Shown: positions 15,278-25,035 of the stretch, piece after piece
Layout of the letters: each line of letters opens with the position of its first letter
Numbering within the stretch: position 1 is the stretch's first letter
Source of the DNA: Opitutia bacterium KCR 482
GTDB taxonomy: Bacteria > Verrucomicrobiota > Verrucomicrobiia > Opitutales > Intestinicryptomonadaceae
Direction of reading: 5' to 3'
Assembly: GCA_029269845.2 (NCBI GenBank)
Contig: CP149973.1
Span: 810,001 to 842,000 of the forward strand
DNA: 32,000 nucleotides
Position numbers and translations under genes: made by a program
The notes under the pieces: model-generated
Told to the model about the DNA's origin: nothing
Databases searched by the model: none
Seen by the model: only the letters and a program-made list of their open reading frames with translations

Positions 15278-16933
15278 ATGAAGACATTTATCACATCAAT
15301 CTCGTTGGCGGTAATCGCAGCCGCATCGGCGTTCGCTCAGGAAATGCCCGCCGAATTAAGGGCGAAACTCGAAGCGAAATCGGCGGAAGTAAACGCCGAC
15401 AACGCGTCGAAGGCGAAATCCTGGGTAAAAAAACAGGTCGAAGCGTGGGAGACTATCCAGAACATGTCGTTCTCGGCGGACGAAAACGACATCAAGCTCG
15501 TGAAGGAGCTTGCCGACAAAAAGTTCCCGCTCGACTTCGTAAAGCAGGAGCCGTTCATCGGCGAACAGGCGTCGATTGCGTCGGGGCTGGGAGACTATAA
15601 AACGCAGCTTGGCGCGGCGGCGTACGGCGAACTGAAAAAGAAATTTACGGAATCGGGCAAGACGAACCTCAACACATTCCTCGAACTGCTCCAAAACGAA
15701 ACCGCCGCAAAGCTCGAACTCGACGCTATGACGACGGACAAAATGCGCCCGCGCACATTCGCGCTGATAAAGAAAGCCGCCGCAGAGGAATTCCCCGGAA
15801 ACTTCGCCGAACAGCTGAAAACCATCAAGGAAATTTTGTCGGGCAAGGCGGCGGAAGCTTCGGCTTCCGAGACTGTCGCCGCCGGCGGAAACGAGCAGGG
15901 GCAGAAAAAACGCCCCGCCACAATGAGCGAACTCGAAAATCTCGTCAAGGAACGCTACACCGCGCAGACCTACATGACCGACGGCGACGTCCGCGGCGCG
16001 GCATTCCTTTCGGAAATACAGGGCAAACAGGTTGCGTTCATTCCGTTTGCTGCGTTCACGCCGGGGCTTACGCTTTCGAACGCGCGCGGCGAACAGCTTG
16101 AATACAACGAAAAGGAAATCTACGTTTCGAAAAACCTGCCGCTGGTGCTCGTCTTCCCAAAAGAGCTGCCCGAAGGCACGAAAAATTCGGAATTCATCAA
16201 CGAAAAGCAGTACCGCGACCTCGTTGGAACCTCGCAGTTTGTCGTGGGTTATTTGAAGCAGAAGATGATGGCGTTCCCGGTAAAAATCAACGCAATCAAC
16301 GACAGGATTTTGAAGCTAAACAACAACCTGCCCATAAGCTACTCGGAGGGCACGCTCATAATCAACCCCAATTCTATGGAAACGCTCGCGGTCGTAATGC
16401 CCGCGCAGGCGAAAATCAGGCGCATAAACTGGTTCCAACGCTCGGAAGTAAACAGGCTAATGCGCGACATCGAATCGGAGGCTGGCACTCTCGAAGCCCG
16501 CAGGCTCGACAACCTCGGCAAGTGGGAAAAATTCTCCGAAGACAACTACATAGACCAGAAGATGAAAGTCGAAAGAATCGGGAACGTCGCAAAAGACTTC
16601 GTAAAACTTTTCTCGACTACACAGCTTGCGGACTCGGAGAACTCGCCCGTAATCGGCATGATTGTAAAGAAGCACCTTTCCGCGCTCAAAAAACGCATGG
16701 ACAAATCGAGCTTCGAACGCGCCTACAAGGCGTACATGCTAGACCTTTCGAACCTCATCAAAACGGAAGTGCGCGAAATCAACAATACGGACTTCTATTC
16801 GGGCTTCGAGGGCGACGTGAAGAAATACACCGAAGTGCTCGAACAGGTGCAAAAGACTTTCGAAAACGCCGCAAAAAGCCAGGCGTTCCGAAATCTCGTT
16901 CAGGAGGACATCAAGAGAAGTCAGGGCTGGTAG
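15278..16933 (+). CDS. Secreted hypothetical protein (551 aa)
   Basis: Signal peptide MKTFITSISLAVIAAASAFAQE. Lys/Glu-rich helical N-terminal third and mixed C-terminal part. No family recognised. The 3' end overlaps the convergent thiL by 13 nt. Confidence 0.7.
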   Translation: MKTFITSISLAVIAAASAFAQEMPAELRAKLEAKSAEVNADNASKAKSWVKKQVEAWETIQNMSFSADENDIKLVKELADKKFPLDFVKQEPFIGEQASIASGLGDYKTQLGAAAYGELKKKFTESGKTNLNTFLELLQNETAAKLELDAMTTDKMRPRTFALIKKAAAEEFPGNFAEQLKTIKEILSGKAAEASASETVAAGGNEQGQKKRPATMSELENLVKERYTAQTYMTDGDVRGAAFLSEIQGKQVAFIPFAAFTPGLTLSNARGEQLEYNEKEIYVSKNLPLVLVFPKELPEGTKNSEFINEKQYRDLVGTSQFVVGYLKQKMMAFPVKINAINDRILKLNNNLPISYSEGTLIINPNSMETLAVVMPAQAKIRRINWFQRSEVNRLMRDIESEAGTLEARRLDNLGKWEKFSEDNYIDQKMKVERIGNVAKDFVKLFSTTQLADSENSPVIGMIVKKHLSALKKRMDKSSFERAYKAYMLDLSNLIKTEVREINNTDFYSGFEGDVKKYTEVLEQVQKTFENAAKSQAFRNLVQEDIKRSQGW

Positions 16934-17895
16934 TGGTCGAAACCGCCCGCCGAAAACGGCTCGCGGCGGTTTTGCGAAACGACAAACACGGCGTCTTCCC
17001 CGTCTGCGGGATTCGCCGTTTTTATTTGCCCCATGACGTAGAACGGCTCGCCGAAACGCGCTTCGTAGACGCGCGAAAACGCGCTAAGCTCGGACGCCGC
17101 GCCGGAGAAAGTGAAGAGAAGCTCGTAGTCTTCGCCGTCGCAAAGAGCCTGTTTTAGTGTCGCGGTTTTGCCGCAGTACTCCCTGCGGGGGACGGCGCTT
17201 TCGGACAGCTCGGCGCAAGTTCCGCGCGGAAGGAGGTTGCGGAGGTCGGACGCCGCGCCGTCGCTCAAATCGGTGCACGCCGAAACGCGCGGCTCGGCGG
17301 CGAGGAACACGCCCTGCTCAACGCGCGGCTCGAAAGCCAAATGGTGCCCGCTTTCGAACGACGCGCCTAACGCGCCGCTTACGCAAATGTAGTCGCCCGC
17401 CGACGCTCCGACGCGCAAAAGCGTGCGTCCGTCGGTCTGCCCCAAGAGGGTAAGGTGGGTCGAGAAGAAGTCGCCGCCGACCGACGCGAAATCGCCGCCT
17501 ATTATTTTCAGCCCGTACTTTTCCGCGGCAACGCCCATGCCCCCGCAAAAACCGTCGAGCCATTCGACCGACACGTTTGGCGAGCATATCGAGCTTGCAA
17601 GCGCGGCGAACGGACGCGCCCCCATTGCGGCGATGTCGCTTACGTTGCGCTTCACGAGCTTTGCGCCCGCGAGTTCGGGCGGGGTGTCGGGAGAAAAGTG
17701 CCTGCCCAAAATGACGGCGTCGCTTGTAAGCAGGACGTTTTTTTTCAGGGACTGCGAAAGCACGAGGGCGCAGTCGTCGCCCGCCCCGAATGGGGGCGGC
17801 AAATCGGCTGCCGCGCCGAATTTTGCGCACACGCGCGAAATCAGGCGTTTTTCGCCCAAGCCGCCGACCGTTCCGACTGTCGCAAAAGGTTTCAT
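16921..17895 (-). CDS. thiL: Thiamine-monophosphate kinase
   Basis: Start set at ATG 17895 (MKPFATVG...), ATGA overlap with the upstream CPBP stop. Motifs GAGDDCALV, LLTSDAVILGRHF and NVSDIAAMGARP fit ThiL. The ORF-track extension to 18426 overlaps the CPBP gene out of frame and is not credible. Confidence 0.85.
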   Translation of the reverse strand: MKPFATVGTVGGLGEKRLISRVCAKFGAAADLPPPFGAGDDCALVLSQSLKKNVLLTSDAVILGRHFSPDTPPELAGAKLVKRNVSDIAAMGARPFAALASSICSPNVSVEWLDGFCGGMGVAAEKYGLKIIGGDFASVGGDFFSTHLTLLGQTDGRTLLRVGASAGDYICVSGALGASFESGHHLAFEPRVEQGVFLAAEPRVSACTDLSDGAASDLRNLLPRGTCAELSESAVPRREYCGKTATLKQALCDGEDYELLFTFSGAASELSAFSRVYEARFGEPFYVMGQIKTANPADGEDAVFVVSQNRREPFSAGGFDHYQP

Positions 17896-18683
17896 AAAAT
17901 TAAAATCACCGCGATGTTCGCGGCGTTGAAAAGCGAATGCGCAACTATCGGCGAAACGAGCGAGCCAGATTTTTCGTAGGCGCAGACGAGGATTATCCCC
18001 ATCAGGAAAATCGGCGCGGCGGCGTACGCGCTCGCGTGGATTAGCGAAAACAAAACCGACACTACCGCCGCCGAAGCCGCCGTTGCGACGGCTTTTTTCG
18101 AATCTGGCAAGACCGCCGAAAACGCGCCCTTGAAGACGGGGTACAGAATGCCGCGGAAAAACGTCTCCTCGGCAATCGGCGCAAGAAGCGCGATTGTGAA
18201 GACGGCGAAAATCTTTACCCGAATGTCGCCTATTCCCGCAAAGAGAGCTACAATCTCCTGCCGCGCAATGTCCTCGCCGAACGCCGCCTTGTAGAACACC
18301 GCTATGCACGCGCCGCACGCAAGCACCGCAAGGGTCGGGAAGAAGTACAACGCACCCGTTTTGAGAGCGGCGCGGGTCGGATTGAAGTCGAGCTTGATTT
18401 TCGCGAAACGCGCAAAAACAGCGCAAAGCGCAAGCGCCGTAATTTGCGAAGCGGAAGTCGGCAGAAATATTTTGAAAAAGTCGCCCGAAGCGTCGGCAAA
18501 CGCCCGCGCAACGGACATCGAAACAAGCGCGCCCAGCACGAAAAGGAACGCGAGAAGCATCGTCGAAAACGCGTCAAGCTCCGCCGAACGCACGCCGCGC
18601 GCGCTCCCCGCAGTCTTCGCAACGGTAGCCCACACAGCCGCAAGCGACAGAAGCCCGAGAACGCCTGCCCCGAAATACTCCAT
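17892..18683 (-). CDS. CPBP-family (CAAX/Abi) intramembrane metalloprotease
   Basis: Start set at ATG 18683 (MEYFGAGVLG...), ATGA overlap with the pyrC stop. Multiple hydrophobic segments. Motifs IAEETFFRGILY (EExxxR), FSLIH, HSLFN. Confidence 0.8.
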   Translation of the reverse strand: MEYFGAGVLGLLSLAAVWATVAKTAGSARGVRSAELDAFSTMLLAFLFVLGALVSMSVARAFADASGDFFKIFLPTSASQITALALCAVFARFAKIKLDFNPTRAALKTGALYFFPTLAVLACGACIAVFYKAAFGEDIARQEIVALFAGIGDIRVKIFAVFTIALLAPIAEETFFRGILYPVFKGAFSAVLPDSKKAVATAASAAVVSVLFSLIHASAYAAAPIFLMGIILVCAYEKSGSLVSPIVAHSLFNAANIAVILIL

Positions 18684-19939
18684 CAATAAATCTTCGAGCC
18701 GCCGAGGTATGTTGCCACGACCCTGCCGCGCAGTTTTTTGCCGAACCACGGCGAATTCGTCGAGCGGGAGAGCGTTTTGTCGTAGACGTATTCGGCATTT
18801 TCGTCGATGAGAACGAAGTCCGCCTTTGCGCCGGCGGCGAGAGTGCCCGCGTCGATTTTCAGAAGCTGCGCGGGGCGCGTCGACATCAGTTCAACAAGCT
18901 TCGGCATGCCGATTTTGCCCGAGCGCACAAGGACTTCGTGGCAGACCGAAAACGCGGTTTCAAGCCCAGTAATGCCGAATGGGGCGCAGTCGAACTCCCT
19001 GTCTTTGTCGTTTTCGGAATGCGGTGCGTGGTCGGTCGCGATGACCTCTATTGTGCCGTCGACGACGCCCTCTATAAGCGCGTCCACGTCGGCTTTTGTG
19101 CGGACGGGCGGGCACATTTTGAAATTGGTGTCGTAGTCTTTGAGGCACTCGTCGGTTAGCGAGAGGTGGTGCGGGGTAGCCTCTGCGGAAATGCTAATTC
19201 CGCGCTTTTTGGCGTCGCGGATAATTCCCACCGACAACGCGCTCGAAATGTGCTGCAAATGGATATGCGACTTTGTGTAGTGCGCCAAAATCGCGTCGCG
19301 CGCCACAATTATGTCCTCCGCCGCCGACGGCCAGCCTCCCAAACCGAGCCGCGCCGACCACTCGCCCTCGTGCATCTGCCCCGTGCGCGTGAGCGTGTTT
19401 TCCTGACAGTGGTCCATGACGAGCATTCCGAACATGCCCGCGTACTGCATTGCGTTGCGCATAAGCTCCGCGCTCTGCACGCACGAGCCGTCGTCGGTCA
19501 GAGCAATCACACCGAGATTTTTGAGAGTCCCGAAAGGCGCGAGAGTCTCGCCCTTTCTGCCCTCGGTAAGGCACGCGCTCTGGTAGACGCGCACTTTTGC
19601 GGTTTCGGCGACGATGTCGTTAATAAGCCTAACGGTCGAGGCGTTGTCCGCCGCGGGAACGGTGTTGGGCATCGCCACGATTGAAGTGAATCCGCCCGCC
19701 GCCGCCGCCGCCGTGCCCGTCGCCACAGACTCTTTCGAAGTCTGACCGGGTTCGCGCAGGTGAACGTGCATGTCAACAAAACCGGGGGCCAAGACAAGCC
19801 CCTTGGCGTCCACGACTTCGGCTTTCGGCGAAACATTTTCGGCGAACACTCCGTCGCGGACTGCAATGTCGCAAACTTTGTCGAGATTCTGCGAGGGGTC
19901 TACAACCCTCGCGTTTTTAATCAAAATTTCGTTTTCCAT
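18683..19939 (-). CDS. pyrC: Dihydroorotase
   Basis: MENEILIKNARVVDP start (ATG 19939; the upstream ATG at 19969 would overlap pyrB). Motifs FVDMHVHLREPG and VIATDHAPHS. Confidence 0.9.
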   Translation of the reverse strand: MENEILIKNARVVDPSQNLDKVCDIAVRDGVFAENVSPKAEVVDAKGLVLAPGFVDMHVHLREPGQTSKESVATGTAAAAAGGFTSIVAMPNTVPAADNASTVRLINDIVAETAKVRVYQSACLTEGRKGETLAPFGTLKNLGVIALTDDGSCVQSAELMRNAMQYAGMFGMLVMDHCQENTLTRTGQMHEGEWSARLGLGGWPSAAEDIIVARDAILAHYTKSHIHLQHISSALSVGIIRDAKKRGISISAEATPHHLSLTDECLKDYDTNFKMCPPVRTKADVDALIEGVVDGTIEVIATDHAPHSENDKDREFDCAPFGITGLETAFSVCHEVLVRSGKIGMPKLVELMSTRPAQLLKIDAGTLAAGAKADFVLIDENAEYVYDKTLSRSTNSPWFGKKLRGRVVATYLGGSKIY

Positions 19940-19944
19940 AATAA

Positions 19945-20901
19945 TTACCGGTTTGTGCGGTGCATGCAAAGGTTCATGACGGCCATTCTGACCGCGACGC
20001 CGTTGGTGACCTGCGTGAGGATAACGGAGCGGTCGGAGTCCGCAAGCGGCGTGTCAAGCTCCACTCCCCTGTTAATCGGACCGGGGTGCATGATGAACGC
20101 GCCCTTTTTGAGGAGGTTTTCGCGGCGCAGGTTCAGCCCGAAAACGTTGGCGTATTCGGAGACCGACGGGAAGTGCGTCGCGCTCTGGCGTTCGTGCTGA
20201 ATGCGAAGAAGCATCACGACATCGGCGTCGGCGACAGCCTCGGCAAGGTCGCAGCAGACGCGCACGCCTAGCTTTTCGAACTCGCGCGGGACGAGCGTCG
20301 ATGGTCCCGCAAGGGTCACCTCCGCGCCGAGCTTTTGGAGCAGATAGATGTTCGACCGCGCAACGCGGCTGAAAAGAATGTCGCCCAAAATCGTTATTTT
20401 TTTGCCCTTGAAGTTTCCGCCGAATTTTTCGCGCATGGTGAACGCGTCGAGCAAAGCCTGCGTTGGGTGCGCGTGCGCGCCGTCGCCCGCGTTGATTACG
20501 GGAATTTTCACCCTGTCGGCAAGGTACTTCGCCGCGCCCGACGAGCTGTGGCGCACGATAATCATATCCGCCATCAGAGCCTCTATGTTGCGGGCGGTAT
20601 CTTTGAGCGTCTCGCCCTTGACCGACGACGAAATGTTCGACGCCACGCTTATGACGTCCGCGCCGAGCTTGTGCGCCGCCATTTCGAAAGCGGTGCGGGT
20701 GCGGGTGCTCGGCTCGAAAAAGAGGTTCACCACAACCCGGCCTTTCAGGTAGGGAAGCTTTGCCTTGTCGCTTTTGAGCGACGCCTTGAAAACGTCCGCC
20801 ATTGCGAAAATTTTGCCGATTTCGTCGAGGGTAAGGTCTTCGGTCGAAATCAAATCTTTGCGCGACCACGAAAGGTCCTTCATAAAATCTTTTGCTTTCA
20901 T
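19945..20901 (-). CDS. pyrB: Aspartate carbamoyltransferase catalytic subunit
   Basis: EPSTRTRTAFE (STRTR), HPTQALLD and IMHPGPINRG motifs. 318 aa, directly upstream of pyrC. Confidence 0.92.
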   Translation of the reverse strand: MKAKDFMKDLSWSRKDLISTEDLTLDEIGKIFAMADVFKASLKSDKAKLPYLKGRVVVNLFFEPSTRTRTAFEMAAHKLGADVISVASNISSSVKGETLKDTARNIEALMADMIIVRHSSSGAAKYLADRVKIPVINAGDGAHAHPTQALLDAFTMREKFGGNFKGKKITILGDILFSRVARSNIYLLQKLGAEVTLAGPSTLVPREFEKLGVRVCCDLAEAVADADVVMLLRIQHERQSATHFPSVSEYANVFGLNLRRENLLKKGAFIMHPGPINRGVELDTPLADSDRSVILTQVTNGVAVRMAVMNLCMHRTNR

Positions 20902-21040
20902 GACAATTTTTCGCCGAATCTATTTTTTCGCCCGCTTTTGTCAAACGCATTATACGCGGCGGGCGATTTTTTCCGCAGTCGGGAGGACGCCAAAAAAAGC
21001 TTTTTATTCGCGCGAAGTCTGTTAGTGTCGATAGGTAGAT

Positions 21041-22390
21041 ATGAAAATAATAATAGTCGGAGCAGGAGACGTGGGGCACTACCTTTGCCAAGTCCTCAGC
21101 GAGGACGGGCACGGGGTAACGCTCTTGGAGTCCGACACTGACCGCGCGGACGAAATTGAGGAAAACCTCGACGTGCGGGTAATCCGCGGGAACGGCGCGT
21201 CGGCAAAATTCCTGTCGCTCGCGGGCGTGTCCGACTGCGACTTCCTGCTGGCGATGACCGCTTTCGACCAGCTCAATATCGTCGCCTGCGCAATAGGCAA
21301 AAAGCTCGGCGCAAAAACCACAATCGCAAGGGTTCACGACCAGGTATACGCCGACAACTCCCTTGTAAACTACCAAAAGCAGTTCGGCATAGACATTCTC
21401 ATAAACCCCGAAGCTCTTACCGCCGTGGAGCTTGCAAAACACGTCCGCAACCCCGAAAGAATGGCGGTCGAAGACTTCGCGCGGGGGCAGATTGAATTGC
21501 AGGAAACCGAAATTTCGGAGGGCGCAAAGGCGGAGGGCAAACGCCTGCGCGACATCAAGCTCGACCCCGCCGTGAAAATCGGCTACGTCGAACGCGGCGA
21601 CAAACTCTACGTTCCGACCGCCGACACCGTGCTCGAACGCGGCGACAAAATCACCCTCATCGGCACGCCCGACAGCATTTTGAAACACCGCGGAACGTTC
21701 TCTTCGGAGCGCAACTCGGAAAGCGTGAGGATAGTCCTCAACGGCGCGACGGAAACGGCGATTTCGGTAATCCGCAGGCTCTCGAACTACCGCTTCAAAA
21801 TCAGGGTCATAGAACCCGACCTCGACAAATGCCGCGAAATCGCCGAACAGTTCCCGTCGGTCACGGTAATCAACGGCAGCGCAACGTCCCTGCGGCTTCT
21901 CGAAGAGGAGCAGATAGGCGACGCCGACTACTTCATAGCCTGCACGAAAGACGACGAAGAAAACGTCATGACCTCGATTCAGGCAAAAAAGCTCGGCGCA
22001 AAATACGTGGAACTTGTAATCAACAAGCCCGACTACGAGCAGGTTCTGCGCAACATCAGCGGATTCCTCAACATCACCGCCGACGCCTCTCCCCGCCGAG
22101 TTACGGCCGACGAAATCAAAAAATACGTCGCCAACAGAGACTTCGCAGTGGTCGGCGCGCTCAAAGGCGGCGCGGTCGAATTCATCGAGCTTAAAGTGTC
22201 GGAAAAGAGTGCGGCTTGCGGACAGTCGGTGAAGGACCTCAAACTTCCGCCCGCGTGCATAATCGCGGCAATCGTAAACGATACCGACGCAAAAGTGCCC
22301 GGGGCAAACGACGTCATAGAAAGCGACGACAGGCTCATTCTCATTCTCGAAAAGGAGAAAATCGGGGAAGTCGCGGCGATGTTCAGATAA
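21041..22390 (+). CDS. trkA: Trk potassium uptake system, NAD-binding component
   Basis: MKIIIVGAGDVGHYL Rossmann start and duplicated RCK N/C architecture (second half from RIVLNGATETAIS). 449 aa, abuts trkH. Confidence 0.9.
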   Translation: MKIIIVGAGDVGHYLCQVLSEDGHGVTLLESDTDRADEIEENLDVRVIRGNGASAKFLSLAGVSDCDFLLAMTAFDQLNIVACAIGKKLGAKTTIARVHDQVYADNSLVNYQKQFGIDILINPEALTAVELAKHVRNPERMAVEDFARGQIELQETEISEGAKAEGKRLRDIKLDPAVKIGYVERGDKLYVPTADTVLERGDKITLIGTPDSILKHRGTFSSERNSESVRIVLNGATETAISVIRRLSNYRFKIRVIEPDLDKCREIAEQFPSVTVINGSATSLRLLEEEQIGDADYFIACTKDDEENVMTSIQAKKLGAKYVELVINKPDYEQVLRNISGFLNITADASPRRVTADEIKKYVANRDFAVVGALKGGAVEFIELKVSEKSAACGQSVKDLKLPPACIIAAIVNDTDAKVPGANDVIESDDRLILILEKEKIGEVAAMFR

Positions 22391-23869
22391 ATGAACTACT
22401 CTATCATATTCAAGATGCTCTCGATGGTGCTGTGGGTCATGGCGCTGGCGTTTTCGGCGTGCACGGGGGTGTCGCTGCTCTACGGGGCGTCGCCGCTCGA
22501 AAGCGAGGCAATGCCGTCGTGGATATGCGTAATCGCCCTCTGCGTAATGCTTGCGTTCGCCCTCTACCTGCCGAGCCGCAACGCGCCCAAAAAGCTCTTC
22601 AAAAAGGAGGCGATGTGCGTCGTGGGGCTTGGCTGGATTATCGCCTCCGCCGTCGGAAGCCTGCCCTACGCGCTGATTCTGGGCTGCGGGTTTCCAGACG
22701 CGTTTTTCGAATCGACAAGCGGGCTGACAACCACGGGATCGAGCGTGTTTTCTAGCTTTGCCGACTTCCCCCACAGCCTGATGTTCTGGCGCTGCCTTTC
22801 GCACTGGATAGGCGGCATGGGAGTGCTCGTGTTCTTCGTGGCGATTCTCTCCTTCATGGGGTCGGGCGGAAGGATTCTGTACGCAAGCGAATCGAGCGCG
22901 AACGCGGGCGGCGGAATAGAAACCGCGCGCATTCAAAGCGGAATCTTCAAAATACTCGCGCTCTACCTCGGCGTCTCCGCGCTGTGCCTTGCCGCGTTCA
23001 AAGTCTGCGGAATGGGCTGGTTCGACGGCGTCTGCCACATGTTCTCGGCGGTCGCAACGGGCGGATTCAGCGTGTACGAAAACGGCATGGCGCACTACGA
23101 CAGCAACGCGGTCTACTGGGCGACGACGTTCTTCATGTTCGTCGGCGGCGTGAGCTTCATGCCGATGCTTGCGGCAATCGGCGGCGACTTCAAAAAACTG
23201 GCGTCGAACACGGAGTTTCGGACATACTCGGCAATACTGCTCGTATCGACGGCGGCGGTCGCGGCGTTCATCGCGCAAGACTTCCGATCGGCGTCCGACT
23301 GGGGAGAGGTGATTACAAAGGCGGCGTTCGCGTCGGTTTCGCTGATGACCACAACGGGCTTTGCGGGAATAGACTACGGAACGTGGCTTCCGGCAACGCA
23401 CGCAATATTTTTCGTGCTGATAATAATCGGCGGCTGCGCGGGCTCGACGTCGGGCGGGCTGAAAGTCTCGCGCGCGGTCGCGGCGTTCAAGATAGCATGC
23501 AACGAGGTTGAAAAATCGTTCCGACCGAGAGTCGTGAGGAACATCTCCGTCAACGGCAAGAGCCTCGACGACTCCGACATCAAAAGCGTGCTCTCGCACT
23601 GCGCAATATTTTTCGGGCTGTCCCTATGCGCCACGGTGCTGCTTGCGGTTCTCGAACCCGACATGTCCTTGGAGGGTACGCTGTCGGCGGCAATCGCGTG
23701 CCTGAACAACATAGGGCCGGGGTTCGCGGAGGTCGGGCCGTCGAAAAATTTCGGATTTTTCGGCGACTCGTCGAAAATAATTTCGGCATTTTTAATGATT
23801 ACGGGGCGTCTCGAATTCTACGCAATCCTCGTGCTGTTCCTGCCGTCGCTCTGGAAAAAATTTCAATAG
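22391..23869 (+). CDS. trkH: Trk potassium uptake system, membrane component
   Basis: ATG immediately follows the trkA TAA. Polytopic membrane protein with four selectivity-filter-like Gly motifs (TTTGSS, ATGGFS, MTTTGFA, CAGSTSGG). Confidence 0.9.
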   Translation: MNYSIIFKMLSMVLWVMALAFSACTGVSLLYGASPLESEAMPSWICVIALCVMLAFALYLPSRNAPKKLFKKEAMCVVGLGWIIASAVGSLPYALILGCGFPDAFFESTSGLTTTGSSVFSSFADFPHSLMFWRCLSHWIGGMGVLVFFVAILSFMGSGGRILYASESSANAGGGIETARIQSGIFKILALYLGVSALCLAAFKVCGMGWFDGVCHMFSAVATGGFSVYENGMAHYDSNAVYWATTFFMFVGGVSFMPMLAAIGGDFKKLASNTEFRTYSAILLVSTAAVAAFIAQDFRSASDWGEVITKAAFASVSLMTTTGFAGIDYGTWLPATHAIFFVLIIIGGCAGSTSGGLKVSRAVAAFKIACNEVEKSFRPRVVRNISVNGKSLDDSDIKSVLSHCAIFFGLSLCATVLLAVLEPDMSLEGTLSAAIACLNNIGPGFAEVGPSKNFGFFGDSSKIISAFLMITGRLEFYAILVLFLPSLWKKFQ

Positions 23870-23882
23870 AAAGGGAAATACC

Positions 23883-24638
23883 ATGACAAAACTCGGAGTA
23901 AACATCGACCACAGCGCAACGCTCAGACAGGCGCGCTACCGCGAATCGCTGGACAATCCCGACGTAATAGTCGAACCGAACCCCGCGGAAATCGCGCTCG
24001 CGGCGGAACGTGGCGGCGCGGACTCAATCACCGCCCACCTGCGCGAAGACAGACGCCACATGCAGGACGCCGACATCGCCGAACTGCGCAGAAAAATCTC
24101 CACAAAACTCAACCTAGAAATGGCGTGCTCGGAGGAAATTGTTAAATTCGCGACGGAAATTTTGCCGGACTACGCGTGTCTCGTTCCCGAAAACCGCCGC
24201 GAAGTCACAACCGAGGGCGGCGTCAACCTGCTCGACCCCGACATCAAAGACAGAACCGCCCGCGCCGTCGAAACGCTTTCGAAAAAGGGAATAATCTGCT
24301 CGATTTTCATCGACCCCGAAGCCGAACAAATCAGGGTTGCCGCGGAAATCGGCGCGCCCACCGTCGAACTCCACACGGGCGCATACGCAAACGCGTGGGG
24401 CAACGTTGAAAAACGCAACGCCGAGCTCAAACGCATAGCCTCCGCGCGGGACTTCGCAAAATCGCTGGGACTCACCGTAAACTCAGGGCACGGCATAAAC
24501 TACCGCAACGTCGGCGAACTGCTCCGCGCGGCTGATTTCAACGAACTCAACATCGGCCACACCATCATGTCGCGCGCGCTTCTTGTGGGAACGGAACGCG
24601 CCGTCGCCGAAATGAGGGAACTTATAAATGCCCGCTAA
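23883..24638 (+). CDS. pdxJ: Pyridoxine 5'-phosphate synthase
   Basis: LGVNIDHSATLRQAR, ITAHLREDRRH, VELHTG and VNSGHGINY motifs. 251 aa. Confidence 0.92.
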   Translation: MTKLGVNIDHSATLRQARYRESLDNPDVIVEPNPAEIALAAERGGADSITAHLREDRRHMQDADIAELRRKISTKLNLEMACSEEIVKFATEILPDYACLVPENRREVTTEGGVNLLDPDIKDRTARAVETLSKKGIICSIFIDPEAEQIRVAAEIGAPTVELHTGAYANAWGNVEKRNAELKRIASARDFAKSLGLTVNSGHGINYRNVGELLRAADFNELNIGHTIMSRALLVGTERAVAEMRELINAR

Positions 24639-25032
24639 CTTGCAGGACGCAGGAGGCGTCGCGGGCGTCGGCACCGACATCGCCGACGTCGCCCGCATTT
24701 CGAAAATGCTCGAACAGTACGGCGACGCCTTCCTGAAAAAAACATTCACCGACGCCGAAATAAAATACTGCGCCGCGCGCCCCGATGCCGCCCTGCGCTT
24801 CGCCGCAAGATTCGCCGCAAAAGAGGCAATGGCAAAAGCGCTCGGAACGGGACTGCGCGGGAAAATCACGCTCAAAAGCCTGTCGATTGAAAACGACGAA
24901 CTCGGCGCGCCCCGCGCCGTGCTCGACGAAGCCGCCCGCGCCGCGCTCGAAAAACTCGGAGCGTCGAAAATGCTCGTGAGCGTCTCGCACTTGAAGGAAT
25001 ACGCAATCGCATTCGCAGTAGCCTCACGCTGA
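24628..25032 (+). CDS. acpS: Holo-[acyl-carrier-protein] synthase
   Basis: GVGTDIADVARI and RFAAKEAMAKALG motifs. 134 aa, with an 11-nt overlap of the pdxJ 3' end. The exact start is slightly uncertain. Confidence 0.85.
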   Translation: MPANLQDAGGVAGVGTDIADVARISKMLEQYGDAFLKKTFTDAEIKYCAARPDAALRFAARFAAKEAMAKALGTGLRGKITLKSLSIENDELGAPRAVLDEAARAALEKLGASKMLVSVSHLKEYAIAFAVASR

Positions 25033-25035
25033 ACA

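Noticed and set aside
17896-18426. N-terminal 177-aa extension of the thiL ORF
   Set aside because: It overlaps the CPBP protease gene in another frame and is Arg/Cys-rich. ThiL homology begins at MKPFATVG, with an ATGA junction to the upstream gene.
20902-21040. Pyrimidine-type transcription attenuator in the pyrB leader
   Set aside because: A 7-bp GC stem (CGCCCGC/GCGGGCG, ~20928-20964) exists. On the pyrB sense strand, however, it is followed by an A-run, not a U-run, and I saw no PyrR-box-like sequence. A TATAAT on that strand (20949-20954) lies inside the loop, so the hairpin may be incidental.
20072-23599. 1175-aa ORF on the minus strand, the longest in the track
   Set aside because: It runs antisense or out of frame across pyrB, trkA and trkH, all of which have clear family motifs. 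Its translation is Arg/His/Cys-rich low-complexity sequence typical of shadow ORFs in G+C-rich DNA.
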